64,000 nucleotides of DNA from Rhodothermales bacterium (GCA_022821845.1 JAJECT010000024.1:2393-66392); one strand, 5' to 3'; counted from the stretch's first letter, positions 32,988 to 40,384 are shown. A program made the numbers and translations. Notes: generated from the letters alone by a model not told the origin.

Positions 32988-34103
32988 TCAGAAGGAGTCA
33001 ACGCCTTCAATGAGATGCAGCAGAGGACGAAACAGGAAAAAACGTTGCCGCCGCCCGCCACCCGCATCAAGCAACTCCAGCACCTCGCCTTCATGCAGTA
33101 CATCCAGAATACGTCTTGCCGTCCGCCCCGGAATCCCGGCGGTTTTGGCGAAACCCGTACTGCCGAAAACGGGCTGCCGGAAAATTGCATCGAGGGCGTG
33201 GGCGACATGAGGGGATCGGGTCATCGCTGCTACCCGACGCTTCATGTCCTCGTAGAGATCAAGCATCTCCCGCACTTTGCGGGCGTTTTCTTCGGCCTGC
33301 GCCTGCACCGCCTCCAGAAAAAACCGACACCAGCCGGTCCAGTCATCGTCGCGGGAAACCGAGAGCAGCCCGGCGAAATAGCATTCCCGTCGCGCCTCCA
33401 GATAAGCGCTGATACAAAACACAGGCTGCCTGATAAAACCGCGTTTCCATAAAAACAGGGGAATCAACATACGCCCTATGCGCCCGTTGCCGTCCAGAAA
33501 GGGGTGCAACGCCTCAAACTCGGCATGGAGAATGGCGAGTTGAACGAGGCGGTCAGGCGCATCTTCGCGCATGTAGCGTTCCCATTTGGACATGCCCCTG
33601 GAGAGTCTGTCGGCGCCAACAGGAACATAGGTGGCATTCTCTATCGTGGACCCGGGCCGACCGATCCAGTTAGGAATGCGCCGCAGTTCGCCGGGCATTT
33701 TGTTGCGACCGCGAACCCCGTCCAGCAACGCCCGATGTGCTTCGAACACAACCCGCATCGAGAGCGGCGCATCCTGCAACAGCGTTACGGCGTCGCGCAT
33801 AGCCATACGACAGTTAAGAATCTCTTCGATGTCGTTGCGGAATTCCGGCGAACCAACCTTCTGCCCCGCCTCGAACCCCAGGATTTCGCCAAGAGTAGCC
33901 CGTATCCCTTCGATTTTCGACGAGAGCACGGCCTCTTGCACGGTCAGCGGCGACAGTAACACATCGGGGTTCGGGATCGCCGCAAGCGTCTCGTCATAGC
34001 GCGCGACGGCAGCGGCAGCCGGCCCAAGCAATGGGATCAGTTGCGACCATTCCAGCCGGTCTTCCGGCGGAAACCGACCTGTACAATAATGCACTGGGGC
34101 CAT
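32988..34103 (-). CDS. Fic family protein (AMPylase-type Fido domain with intramolecular inhibitory helix and C-terminal wHTH)
   Basis: Fic motif HPFLDGNGRIGRML. N-terminal inhibitory motif SSKIEG (S/TxxxEG/N). Start refined to MAPVHYCTGRF at 34103. Confidence 0.9.
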   Translation of the reverse strand: MAPVHYCTGRFPPEDRLEWSQLIPLLGPAAAAVARYDETLAAIPNPDVLLSPLTVQEAVLSSKIEGIRATLGEILGFEAGQKVGSPEFRNDIEEILNCRMAMRDAVTLLQDAPLSMRVVFEAHRALLDGVRGRNKMPGELRRIPNWIGRPGSTIENATYVPVGADRLSRGMSKWERYMREDAPDRLVQLAILHAEFEALHPFLDGNGRIGRMLIPLFLWKRGFIRQPVFCISAYLEARRECYFAGLLSVSRDDDWTGWCRFFLEAVQAQAEENARKVREMLDLYEDMKRRVAAMTRSPHVAHALDAIFRQPVFGSTGFAKTAGIPGRTARRILDVLHEGEVLELLDAGGGRRQRFFLFRPLLHLIEGVDSF

Positions 34104-34200
34104 TGGTCTTTCTCCATGTTGGATAATGCCTGTTCCGTCCCGGTAAACAATGCGACAGAAGGGTTGCGAAACAGATTCGATACTTGACCGCAAACACACT

Positions 34201-34318
34201 TTCCGGCCAAATGTTTCCTAAAGTGGCCAAATAAATCATTTGATGATCATTTGTGGCCATCAAAAGCAGGTTGTCAGTCAAAAACAGGAGAAATCAGCCA
34301 TCTAATGGAGCGTTGGGC
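34201..34318 (+). repeat. phased GGCCA-type motif block R2
   Basis: GGCCA at 34205, 34225 and 34255; AGTCA at 34276; AGCCA at 34296 (spacings 20/30/21/20). Shares AAGTGGCCAAATAAAT and ATGGAGCGTTGGG with R3. Confidence 0.55.
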
Positions 34319-34470
34319 TTACTGTGGCGCACAGAGGCCGCCAGAAACAGAACGACAAAAGCAGGGCCCCGAACGAATCGCAGAAAGATTTTGGGATTGC
34401 ACGGGAACCGGACATCGACCGAAGGCATTCCTCTAACAAGGAAAGCACCAACGAACCCGGGAAAGAAGCC

Positions 34471-34605
34471 ATGTCGAAAAAAATCAATGCAACTGCGAGG
34501 CAGCAGCGTACGCTATCCTACAAAGGTCGAAACGGGCCGCCGCCACGATCCTCTGGGGCTACCAAGCCGCCGCCGCCACCACCGCCGCCGCCAAAAAAGA
34601 AATAA
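34471..34605 (+). CDS. candidate leader mini-ORF with a 9-proline run (MSKKINATARQQRTLSYKGRNGPPPRSSGATKPPPPPPPPPKKK*)
   Basis: ATG at 34471 preceded by GGGAAAGAAG. Ends 33 nt before the ATG of the AT-rich gene. (CCG)3(CCA)2(CCG)3CCA followed by AAAAAGAAATAA. No support beyond ORF and context. Confidence 0.3.
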   Translation: MSKKINATARQQRTLSYKGRNGPPPRSSGATKPPPPPPPPPKKK

Positions 34606-34638
34606 TGTCATTTCACCTTTTAAACCTAATCAAGAAAC

Positions 34639-35259
34639 ATGCCAAACATATCTGTTGAAATAATAGAAGTGCTCAAATTTTTATTACCAGGGTTTATAAC
34701 AACTACCGTTTTTTATTCATTTACTTCATTTCCAAAACCCAACACATTTGAGCAAATTGTATATGCCTTGATTTCGACTACTATCATTCAATCTATTATA
34801 TCATTAATATATTTAATAGAAATTGATCTTTTAAATGACGACAATTTAGAATTATTATTCTCAACCATTATCGCTATTTTATTAGGAATAATATCTTCGT
34901 ATTTGATGAATAATGATATTATACATCAAATTTTTCGTTCATCCAAATTAAAAATCACGAGAGAAAGCTCATATCCATCAGAATGGTATTTCGCTTTTGC
35001 GCGATATTCAAAATGTTATATCGTATTACATATGCATGGAGAAAGACGTCTCTATGGATGGGCTACAGAATGGCCAAGCAGGCCGGATAAAGGACATTTT
35101 CTCATTGAAGAGGGCGAATGGTTATCCTTACCAAAGGAAGCAAACGATAGTGCGAAAAACGATACAATCGAAAAAAATGCTATTCTCGTCCCCGTTGTGG
35201 AGGTCGAAATGGTAGAATTTCTTCCTCAAATTCCAGCAAAAGGTCAGCGGAACGATTGA
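34639..35259 (+). CDS. hypothetical membrane protein (3 N-terminal TM helices + about 100-aa soluble C-domain; DUF6338-like by memory)
   Basis: 206 aa. Very AT-rich coding sequence with AT-biased codons, unlike the host genes. TM segments FLLPGFITTTVFYSF, IVYALISTTIIQSIISLIYLI and LLFSTIIAILLGIISSYL. Confidence 0.65.
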   Translation: MPNISVEIIEVLKFLLPGFITTTVFYSFTSFPKPNTFEQIVYALISTTIIQSIISLIYLIEIDLLNDDNLELLFSTIIAILLGIISSYLMNNDIIHQIFRSSKLKITRESSYPSEWYFAFARYSKCYIVLHMHGERRLYGWATEWPSRPDKGHFLIEEGEWLSLPKEANDSAKNDTIEKNAILVPVVEVEMVEFLPQIPAKGQRND

Positions 35260-35472
35260 AGATGCCCCGTCTGTTATACATAAGGGCAAATACCGGATGG
35301 CGGGCGATATTGGCGATTTGCCCAGCGAGAGGAATTGACCGAATGCGAATCCCAAAAAACTGGAAACAGCCCTTGGCCGAAGGACGCTTGCTGATTTTGT
35401 CCTTTTTCGACGACGGCATCCATCGCCCTGCAGCGGCCATTGCGGCAGAGGGAAAGTAGCCAGAAAACGATC

Positions 35473-35550
35473 TTGGCGGTCACTTGTGGCCAGCAAACAG
35501 GCTTTACGGCCAAAAGCGGATCAAAGTGGCCAATAAATGGAGCGTTGGGG
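35473..35550 (+). repeat. phased GGCCA-type motif block R3
   Basis: GGCCA at 35488, 35508 and 35528, exactly 20 bp apart. The 5' 25 nt nearly match R1 and the 3' part matches R2. Confidence 0.55.
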
Positions 35551-35738
35551 TCACGAGCCATAGCCTTCAGGGCACGGCTTGCCGCCGAATTGACTTTATC
35601 GTCACAAAACCGTAATATTTCCCGTGATTTTCGCCAGAATCTTGCCATACGCATCGACCCGCCTCGCTGAATTAGCGCCAGAATCACGACATACGAATCC
35701 CTGAATCAGGCCCTGTCACCAGCAATTAAGCATAGCCC

Positions 35739-36875
35739 ATGTCCGAAAAACTCGCTTCAACGATCCAAGATATTGCCAAAGGCATCGCCGCCGGAAGATT
35801 CCAAAGCGAGGCGGCAATCAGCCAAGGCGTCGTGACGCGCATTCTGGCTACGCTGGGCTGGGATGTATACGACACGCAGGTCGTTACCCCGCAATTCCCC
35901 ATTCGTAATAGCGCAAGAAAAGTAGACTACGCACTCTGCCACCCACCAAGAGAAGCAGCTATTCTCATAGAAGTCAAGGATATAGGTAAAGCGGATGGGA
36001 AAGGCGAGACACAACTTTTCGAATACTGCTTTCACGAGGGCGTAAACATTGCAATTCTAACCGATGGGCGCCTTTGGAGCTTCTTTTATCCGGCGGGAGG
36101 GGGAAGCAATTACAAAGACAGGCTATTTGCCCAAATCGACCTGCTTATCCACGACCATCGTGCTGTTGCCAATACACTCACCCGATATCTGAATATGGAG
36201 GACATCAGGTCGCGTGCGACATGGGACCGGGCAAGACAGGACCACAAGCAAGCACAACTTGAGAGAAAGGCGGCTTCTCAATTTGTACCCGTTTGGAATA
36301 AACTCCTTTCGGAACCAGCTAAATCATCGCTATTGACCTTATTCCTGAAAGAAGTCGAAAAAGAAGCCCAAGTCAAACCAAATTCGGACCAAGCGGTGGA
36401 ATTTATCCGCAGCCAAGCCAAGGACGAGAGTGCAAGGCCGACAAGGCCACCGGGAAAATCAGGAGAAACCGGAAAACGGCGGCGAACACAACCCGTGACC
36501 CACTATTCGCCGCCGCCAACCGTTAGGAATACCTCAAGACAGGGATCATTCACATTCAGGGGACAGACGCAGGAGTTCCGCTCTGGCAACGAATTACTCG
36601 GCGCGCTATTCACTATGTTTGCCAAAATGGATTCTTATTTCTGTAGAACGTACTCAGAAACATACCTGGGCCGCTCGAAAAAGTACGTGGCCCAAACCCG
36701 GGAAGAGCTTCACCCGACAAATCCAAATCTGAGACAGGCGCTTCCTCTGCCTGGTGGGTGGTGGATATCCACTCATTGCAGCAATGCGCAGAAAATGCAA
36801 CGGATCCGGGAAGCCTGTGTTCTGCTTAACCTGGAATTTGGGCGGGATCTGGTGGTTAACCTTCCGAACGCGTAA
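35739..36875 (+). CDS. HsdR_N-like PD-(D/E)xK nuclease-fold protein with an uncharacterised C-terminal region
   Basis: The N-terminal 130 aa follow the type I restriction R-subunit N-terminal pattern (SEAAISQGVVTRILATLGWDV...RKVDYAL...AILIEVKD...ILTDGRLWSFF). The remaining about 250 aa are not recognised. Confidence 0.7.
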   Translation: MSEKLASTIQDIAKGIAAGRFQSEAAISQGVVTRILATLGWDVYDTQVVTPQFPIRNSARKVDYALCHPPREAAILIEVKDIGKADGKGETQLFEYCFHEGVNIAILTDGRLWSFFYPAGGGSNYKDRLFAQIDLLIHDHRAVANTLTRYLNMEDIRSRATWDRARQDHKQAQLERKAASQFVPVWNKLLSEPAKSSLLTLFLKEVEKEAQVKPNSDQAVEFIRSQAKDESARPTRPPGKSGETGKRRRTQPVTHYSPPPTVRNTSRQGSFTFRGQTQEFRSGNELLGALFTMFAKMDSYFCRTYSETYLGRSKKYVAQTREELHPTNPNLRQALPLPGGWWISTHCSNAQKMQRIREACVLLNLEFGRDLVVNLPNA

Positions 36876-36959
36876 AAGGGAATATAGTCGGAATTGCAGT
36901 AGCCACACCCTCGCGGCCCCCTCCCTTCCCCCAGCAAACCCGCAAGTACCCCTTGCAGG

Positions 36960-37562
36960 TTAATACTCCGCCGCCCCACCCGCCTCCGGGTAACGAAAGA
37001 CAGCATGATTCGCCGACGGTTCCCGACTGGCCCTTTCGCGTTCCGGCTGTCCCAGGTAGCGAGTCCGCAGCATCCGCATATGATGCTGCATGTGGCCGGC
37101 GGTGATCCAGGCCATGCTTCGGACGGTAAACTCGAAGCCGCTGGCGCGACCGCGGCGATTCCAGGCGGCGTCCGGCAAGCCCTTGAATAACAACAGCGTG
37201 GCATAGCGCGCCGCGTCCCACTCTTCGACCAGCGCGGCAAGGGTTCTGTCGTCCGCCCCCGACGCAGCAACATACTCGTTCTCGTCGAATCCCGGGTAAT
37301 GGGCGCGGTCGCCGCGGGCAAAAGCCATTGCCCGCATCGCAAACATCCGCTCGCTGTCCGTCAGGTGCCCGACGAGTTCGCGCACGGACCACTTGCCCGG
37401 CGCGTACCGATACTGCTCCATATCGGCGGGGACATCCGCCGCCAGACGGAGAAAATCATACCGCTGCTCCCGGAGCGTATCCAGTATGGAGCCATCCGGG
37501 GCGGCGGCTACGTACGGCCGATAGAATTCGCCGTATTCGTTGGGTTCAGGTCTGCGTTCCAT
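36960..37562 (-). CDS. DinB family protein (DinB_2-type four-helix bundle)
   Basis: Start refined to MERRPEPNEY. Metal-ligand His pattern: ELVGHLTDSERMF early and TAGHMQHHMRML late. Host-like GC. Starts 26 nt after the stop of the Toprim-like gene. Confidence 0.85.
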   Translation of the reverse strand: MERRPEPNEYGEFYRPYVAAAPDGSILDTLREQRYDFLRLAADVPADMEQYRYAPGKWSVRELVGHLTDSERMFAMRAMAFARGDRAHYPGFDENEYVAASGADDRTLAALVEEWDAARYATLLLFKGLPDAAWNRRGRASGFEFTVRSMAWITAGHMQHHMRMLRTRYLGQPERERASREPSANHAVFRYPEAGGAAEY

Positions 37563-37588
37563 GGGACTGGCTGATGTTGAACAAGGAA

Positions 37589-38206
37589 TTACGCCGCGCA
37601 AAGGGCCTGCAGGAAATCCCGGATCGGGCGAAAGGCCTCGTGATCCAGATTCCAATACTTTTTCTTTGCTGCGACACCAACGGAAACATGGGGTTCCGGC
37701 ATCGTCGCAAGATACGCATGGGCGCGCGCCTTCTCTGGATGACGAGTCTCAACGCCAACCTCGGATTTGACGCACCGGAAAAATTCGTCGATGCACGAAT
37801 CGACGGGCGTACCCGCAAAAGATTGCGACAACACGGTTTCCAGCATACCGGGACCGTCCTGGGGCAATATCAATACGCCCGTTTGGGGATTTCCTTCCGT
37901 AAAAAGACTGCTTTTCGACGGCGCCGGAAGATGGGCTTTACGCAATGCGGACTGGACGCTTTGGAATGCGCTGTCGGCAGATTTTTCGGCGTCCCGGACA
38001 ATTCCGATACGTCGAACCTGGCTAAAATTGGATGTCCCCGGAAAACCACGCAGGAATTTCGGCAAATCATGGACGCCTTCGTAGTTATGAATCTGCACCC
38101 CCGAAAGATCAAGGTGCTTCCGGAATGCTTCAAAAAAATTTCGCCCATCGTTGCCTTCGACAAGAAGCTGGATGGGATCGCGTATTTTTACAGACTTCCC
38201 CTCCAC
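37589..38206 (-). CDS. Toprim-like small protein (DUF3226/DUF4276/DUF4435-type), partner of the upstream ATPase
   Basis: 205 aa. GTG start 3 nt after the ATPase stop (TGAGCCGTG). Acidic motifs LLVEGNDGRNFF and IGIVRDAEKS match the Toprim E...DxD/E layout. Family assignment is by pattern memory only. Confidence 0.7.
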   Translation of the reverse strand: MEGKSVKIRDPIQLLVEGNDGRNFFEAFRKHLDLSGVQIHNYEGVHDLPKFLRGFPGTSNFSQVRRIGIVRDAEKSADSAFQSVQSALRKAHLPAPSKSSLFTEGNPQTGVLILPQDGPGMLETVLSQSFAGTPVDSCIDEFFRCVKSEVGVETRHPEKARAHAYLATMPEPHVSVGVAAKKKYWNLDHEAFRPIRDFLQALCAA

Positions 38207-38209
38207 GGC

Positions 38210-39256
38210 TCAGCGCACCTCCATACGATATTCTACGACACTGTCGATTTGGGAGCGGTCAAGGGTCACGCATCGGCTCGCGTCCTCGTCTATCTCCAGC
38301 CGATGGATTGAAAGATCGTCTCCTTCAATAGCGGAAGCCGCCGCTTGCAGGCATTCGTAGCTATGCGTGGTGGCGAACACCTGCGTACCCAGTTTTCTGG
38401 AGGTATCGTCAATCACGCGCCAAACATCCGCGAGCGCGGAATGGTGTATGCCGTTTTCGATTTCATCCACAAGCAAGACGCCGCCTTCGACCGCAGCCAT
38501 AGCCAACGCAAGCCTTACTATGCGCACCATGCCCCCTCCCATAACCGACAAAGGCACAAGTTCAGGAAGGCCAAGGTCTCCCCATATCATCGGGGAACCA
38601 CTTGACGAATTCTCTTCGATACTCTGGAGTCGGGGCTCGATCGCTTGCAATGCCCCGAGCACCAGATCGCCTTGCTTGCGTTGTCGCAAAACACCGAGGA
38701 GTCTGGCTGGTTCGCTGCTGGTGGTATCCATATCCAGATAGGGCGGCAGAATCTTCGCGCTGAACGGAATTTCTGTGTCCCTTGCCATACTTCCCGGTGT
38801 AAACCGGACATCCGTACCGTCTGGGAGGTGGAAACTCTTTCCAACTTCCTCGTTACCTCGCCAAAAAGTGCAGACCAGACACTGTTTTCCAGGAGTGCCT
38901 TCCTTGCGCTGTCCCTCGTCAGGATCCCCAAAATATATCTTCACCGATATCGCGCCAATTGCGGCATGATCGGCGGCGATTTCAATGGAAGCGCCGGTAT
39001 CCAATGCCGAAAACATCGGCTTCCACAGAATTCTCTGAACCGCTGCGGGCGACCGTGTATCTTCAGTAAGCCCCTGTAAATACCGCCCTATATTCACACC
39101 CGATAGATTCCCCCCGCTGGACAAGAGAAAAATGGCTTCCAGCAAACTGGTTTTGCCCGCATTGTTGCTGCCCGTAATCACATTGATACGGGTCGCAGGC
39201 GAGACTTCCAGTTCGCGAAACCGGCGGAAATTTGTGATTTTAACCCATTCCAGCAT
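38210..39256 (-). CDS. ABC-type AAA ATPase (AAA_15/AAA_21-like)
   Basis: Walker A ITGSNNAGKTSLLEAI, signature-like MGGGMVRIVRLALAMA, Walker B GVLLVDEIENGIHHSAL, H-loop VFATTHS. GC is lower than the flanks. Confidence 0.85.
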   Translation of the reverse strand: MLEWVKITNFRRFRELEVSPATRINVITGSNNAGKTSLLEAIFLLSSGGNLSGVNIGRYLQGLTEDTRSPAAVQRILWKPMFSALDTGASIEIAADHAAIGAISVKIYFGDPDEGQRKEGTPGKQCLVCTFWRGNEEVGKSFHLPDGTDVRFTPGSMARDTEIPFSAKILPPYLDMDTTSSEPARLLGVLRQRKQGDLVLGALQAIEPRLQSIEENSSSGSPMIWGDLGLPELVPLSVMGGGMVRIVRLALAMAAVEGGVLLVDEIENGIHHSALADVWRVIDDTSRKLGTQVFATTHSYECLQAAASAIEGDDLSIHRLEIDEDASRCVTLDRSQIDSVVEYRMEVR

Positions 39257-39332
39257 GGCTTTTTCGGATTTCCGTTGCTACGGCGGCAAGGGCGATAAAA
39301 AGGAAATTTGATACAGGAATACCCCCGCAACC

Positions 39333-39361
39333 AGAATACGCCCCCGCGCCACCCCTGTCAA
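39333..39361 (-). promoter_or_regulatory. sigma70-like promoter candidate for the ATPase/Toprim operon
   Basis: On the minus strand: TTGACA (39361-39356), a 17-nt spacer, then TATTCT (39338-39333), about 75 nt upstream of the ATG at 39256. Confidence 0.35.
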
Positions 39362-39385
39362 GCCCGCAAACGCCCTGCGGGTTCC

Positions 39386-40279
39386 CTACCACACTTCTCC
39401 CGGCGCGTACAAATCCTGCGCCCGCCCGATCAATTTTCCGTCCGGCTTCGTCACCCGCTTCTGAGCGCTTTCCTGATAGGGCAGGTGCTTCAGCACGTAG
39501 CGCATGCAGTTCAGGCGCGCCCGCTTCTTGTCGTCCGACTTGATCACCACCCAGGGAGCCGTTTTGGTGTCGGTGGCGGCGAACATCGTTTTCTTCGCCT
39601 CGGTGTACGCATCCCAAAGCGCAAGCGACTGAACGTCCACATCGCTGATTTTCCACTGCTTGAGCGGATTCCGGGCGCGCGACAGGAACCGCCGCAACTG
39701 TTCCTCGCGGCTCACCGAAAACCAGAACTTGAACAAGTGGAATCCGTCGTTGACCAGCATCTCTTCGAACGTCGCCGCATCCCGCAAAAAACGGAGCCGT
39801 TCGGCAGGCGTGCAGAACCCCATGACCGGCTCGACCACGGCCCGATTGTACCAGGAGCGATCAAAGAACACCACCTCTCCCCTCGACGGCAAACACCGTA
39901 CGTAGCGTTGAAAATACCATTGTCCGCGCTCCCGCTCGGACGGCGCAGGCAGCGCCACCACCAGTGCGCTACGCGGGTTCAGGTGCTCCATGAAGCGCTT
40001 GATCGTTCCGCCCTTGCCCGCAGCGTCCCGCCCTTCGAAAAGCAGAACCACCCGCTGCCCCGTCTCGTGCACCCATCGCTGCATCCGCAACAATTCGACC
40101 TGCAAATTCGCCTTCTGGCGCTCGTATTCGGCGCGTCCAAGTTTGGTCTTGTAGGGATACGAAGCGCTGATAATCTCTCGCTTGCCCGCCTCTTCGACCT
40201 TCCTGAGGAGCCCGGACGGCACCTTGGTGGTTGGCAAAAGAACCTCCAGGCCATCGCGTTCCATCGTGGCGACAGTCAT
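39386..40279 (-). CDS. ppk2: polyphosphate kinase 2 (single-domain)
   Basis: Start refined to MTVATMERDG. The track ORF continues upstream into the MITE copy. Walker A FEGRDAAGKGGTIK and the PPK2 lid motifs are present. Confidence 0.9.
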   Translation of the reverse strand: MTVATMERDGLEVLLPTTKVPSGLLRKVEEAGKREIISASYPYKTKLGRAEYERQKANLQVELLRMQRWVHETGQRVVLLFEGRDAAGKGGTIKRFMEHLNPRSALVVALPAPSERERGQWYFQRYVRCLPSRGEVVFFDRSWYNRAVVEPVMGFCTPAERLRFLRDAATFEEMLVNDGFHLFKFWFSVSREEQLRRFLSRARNPLKQWKISDVDVQSLALWDAYTEAKKTMFAATDTKTAPWVVIKSDDKKRARLNCMRYVLKHLPYQESAQKRVTKPDGKLIGRAQDLYAPGEVW

Positions 40280-40384
40280 GAGAAAACCCTTCCTTGTATC
40301 AGATTCGTCGAAATAGCGATCAATTGCTCCTCTCGCGATACGCTGAATATACGCGAAAAGCACGGCAATGCCATACGGCGCTGA

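Noticed and set aside
34540-34600. CCG/CCA tract as a slipped-strand phase-variation switch
   Set aside because: The tract is interrupted ((CCG)3(CCA)2(CCG)3CCA) and the following A-run is only six. That is too imperfect and too short for a convincing contingency locus. The leader-peptide interpretation is kept instead.
35256-35670. Possible decayed DprA/SLOG-like gene spanning repeat block R3 (…ARGIDRMRIPKNWKQPLAEGRLLILSFF… then, after a frame change, …TAKSGSKWPINGALGSRAIAF…)
   Set aside because: The resemblance to the DprA GxD…RNR…KSGS region is short and needs a frameshift, a TTG start and several gaps. It cannot be distinguished from chance without an HMM or BLASTX search. It is noted only as a possible origin of the R-block sequence.
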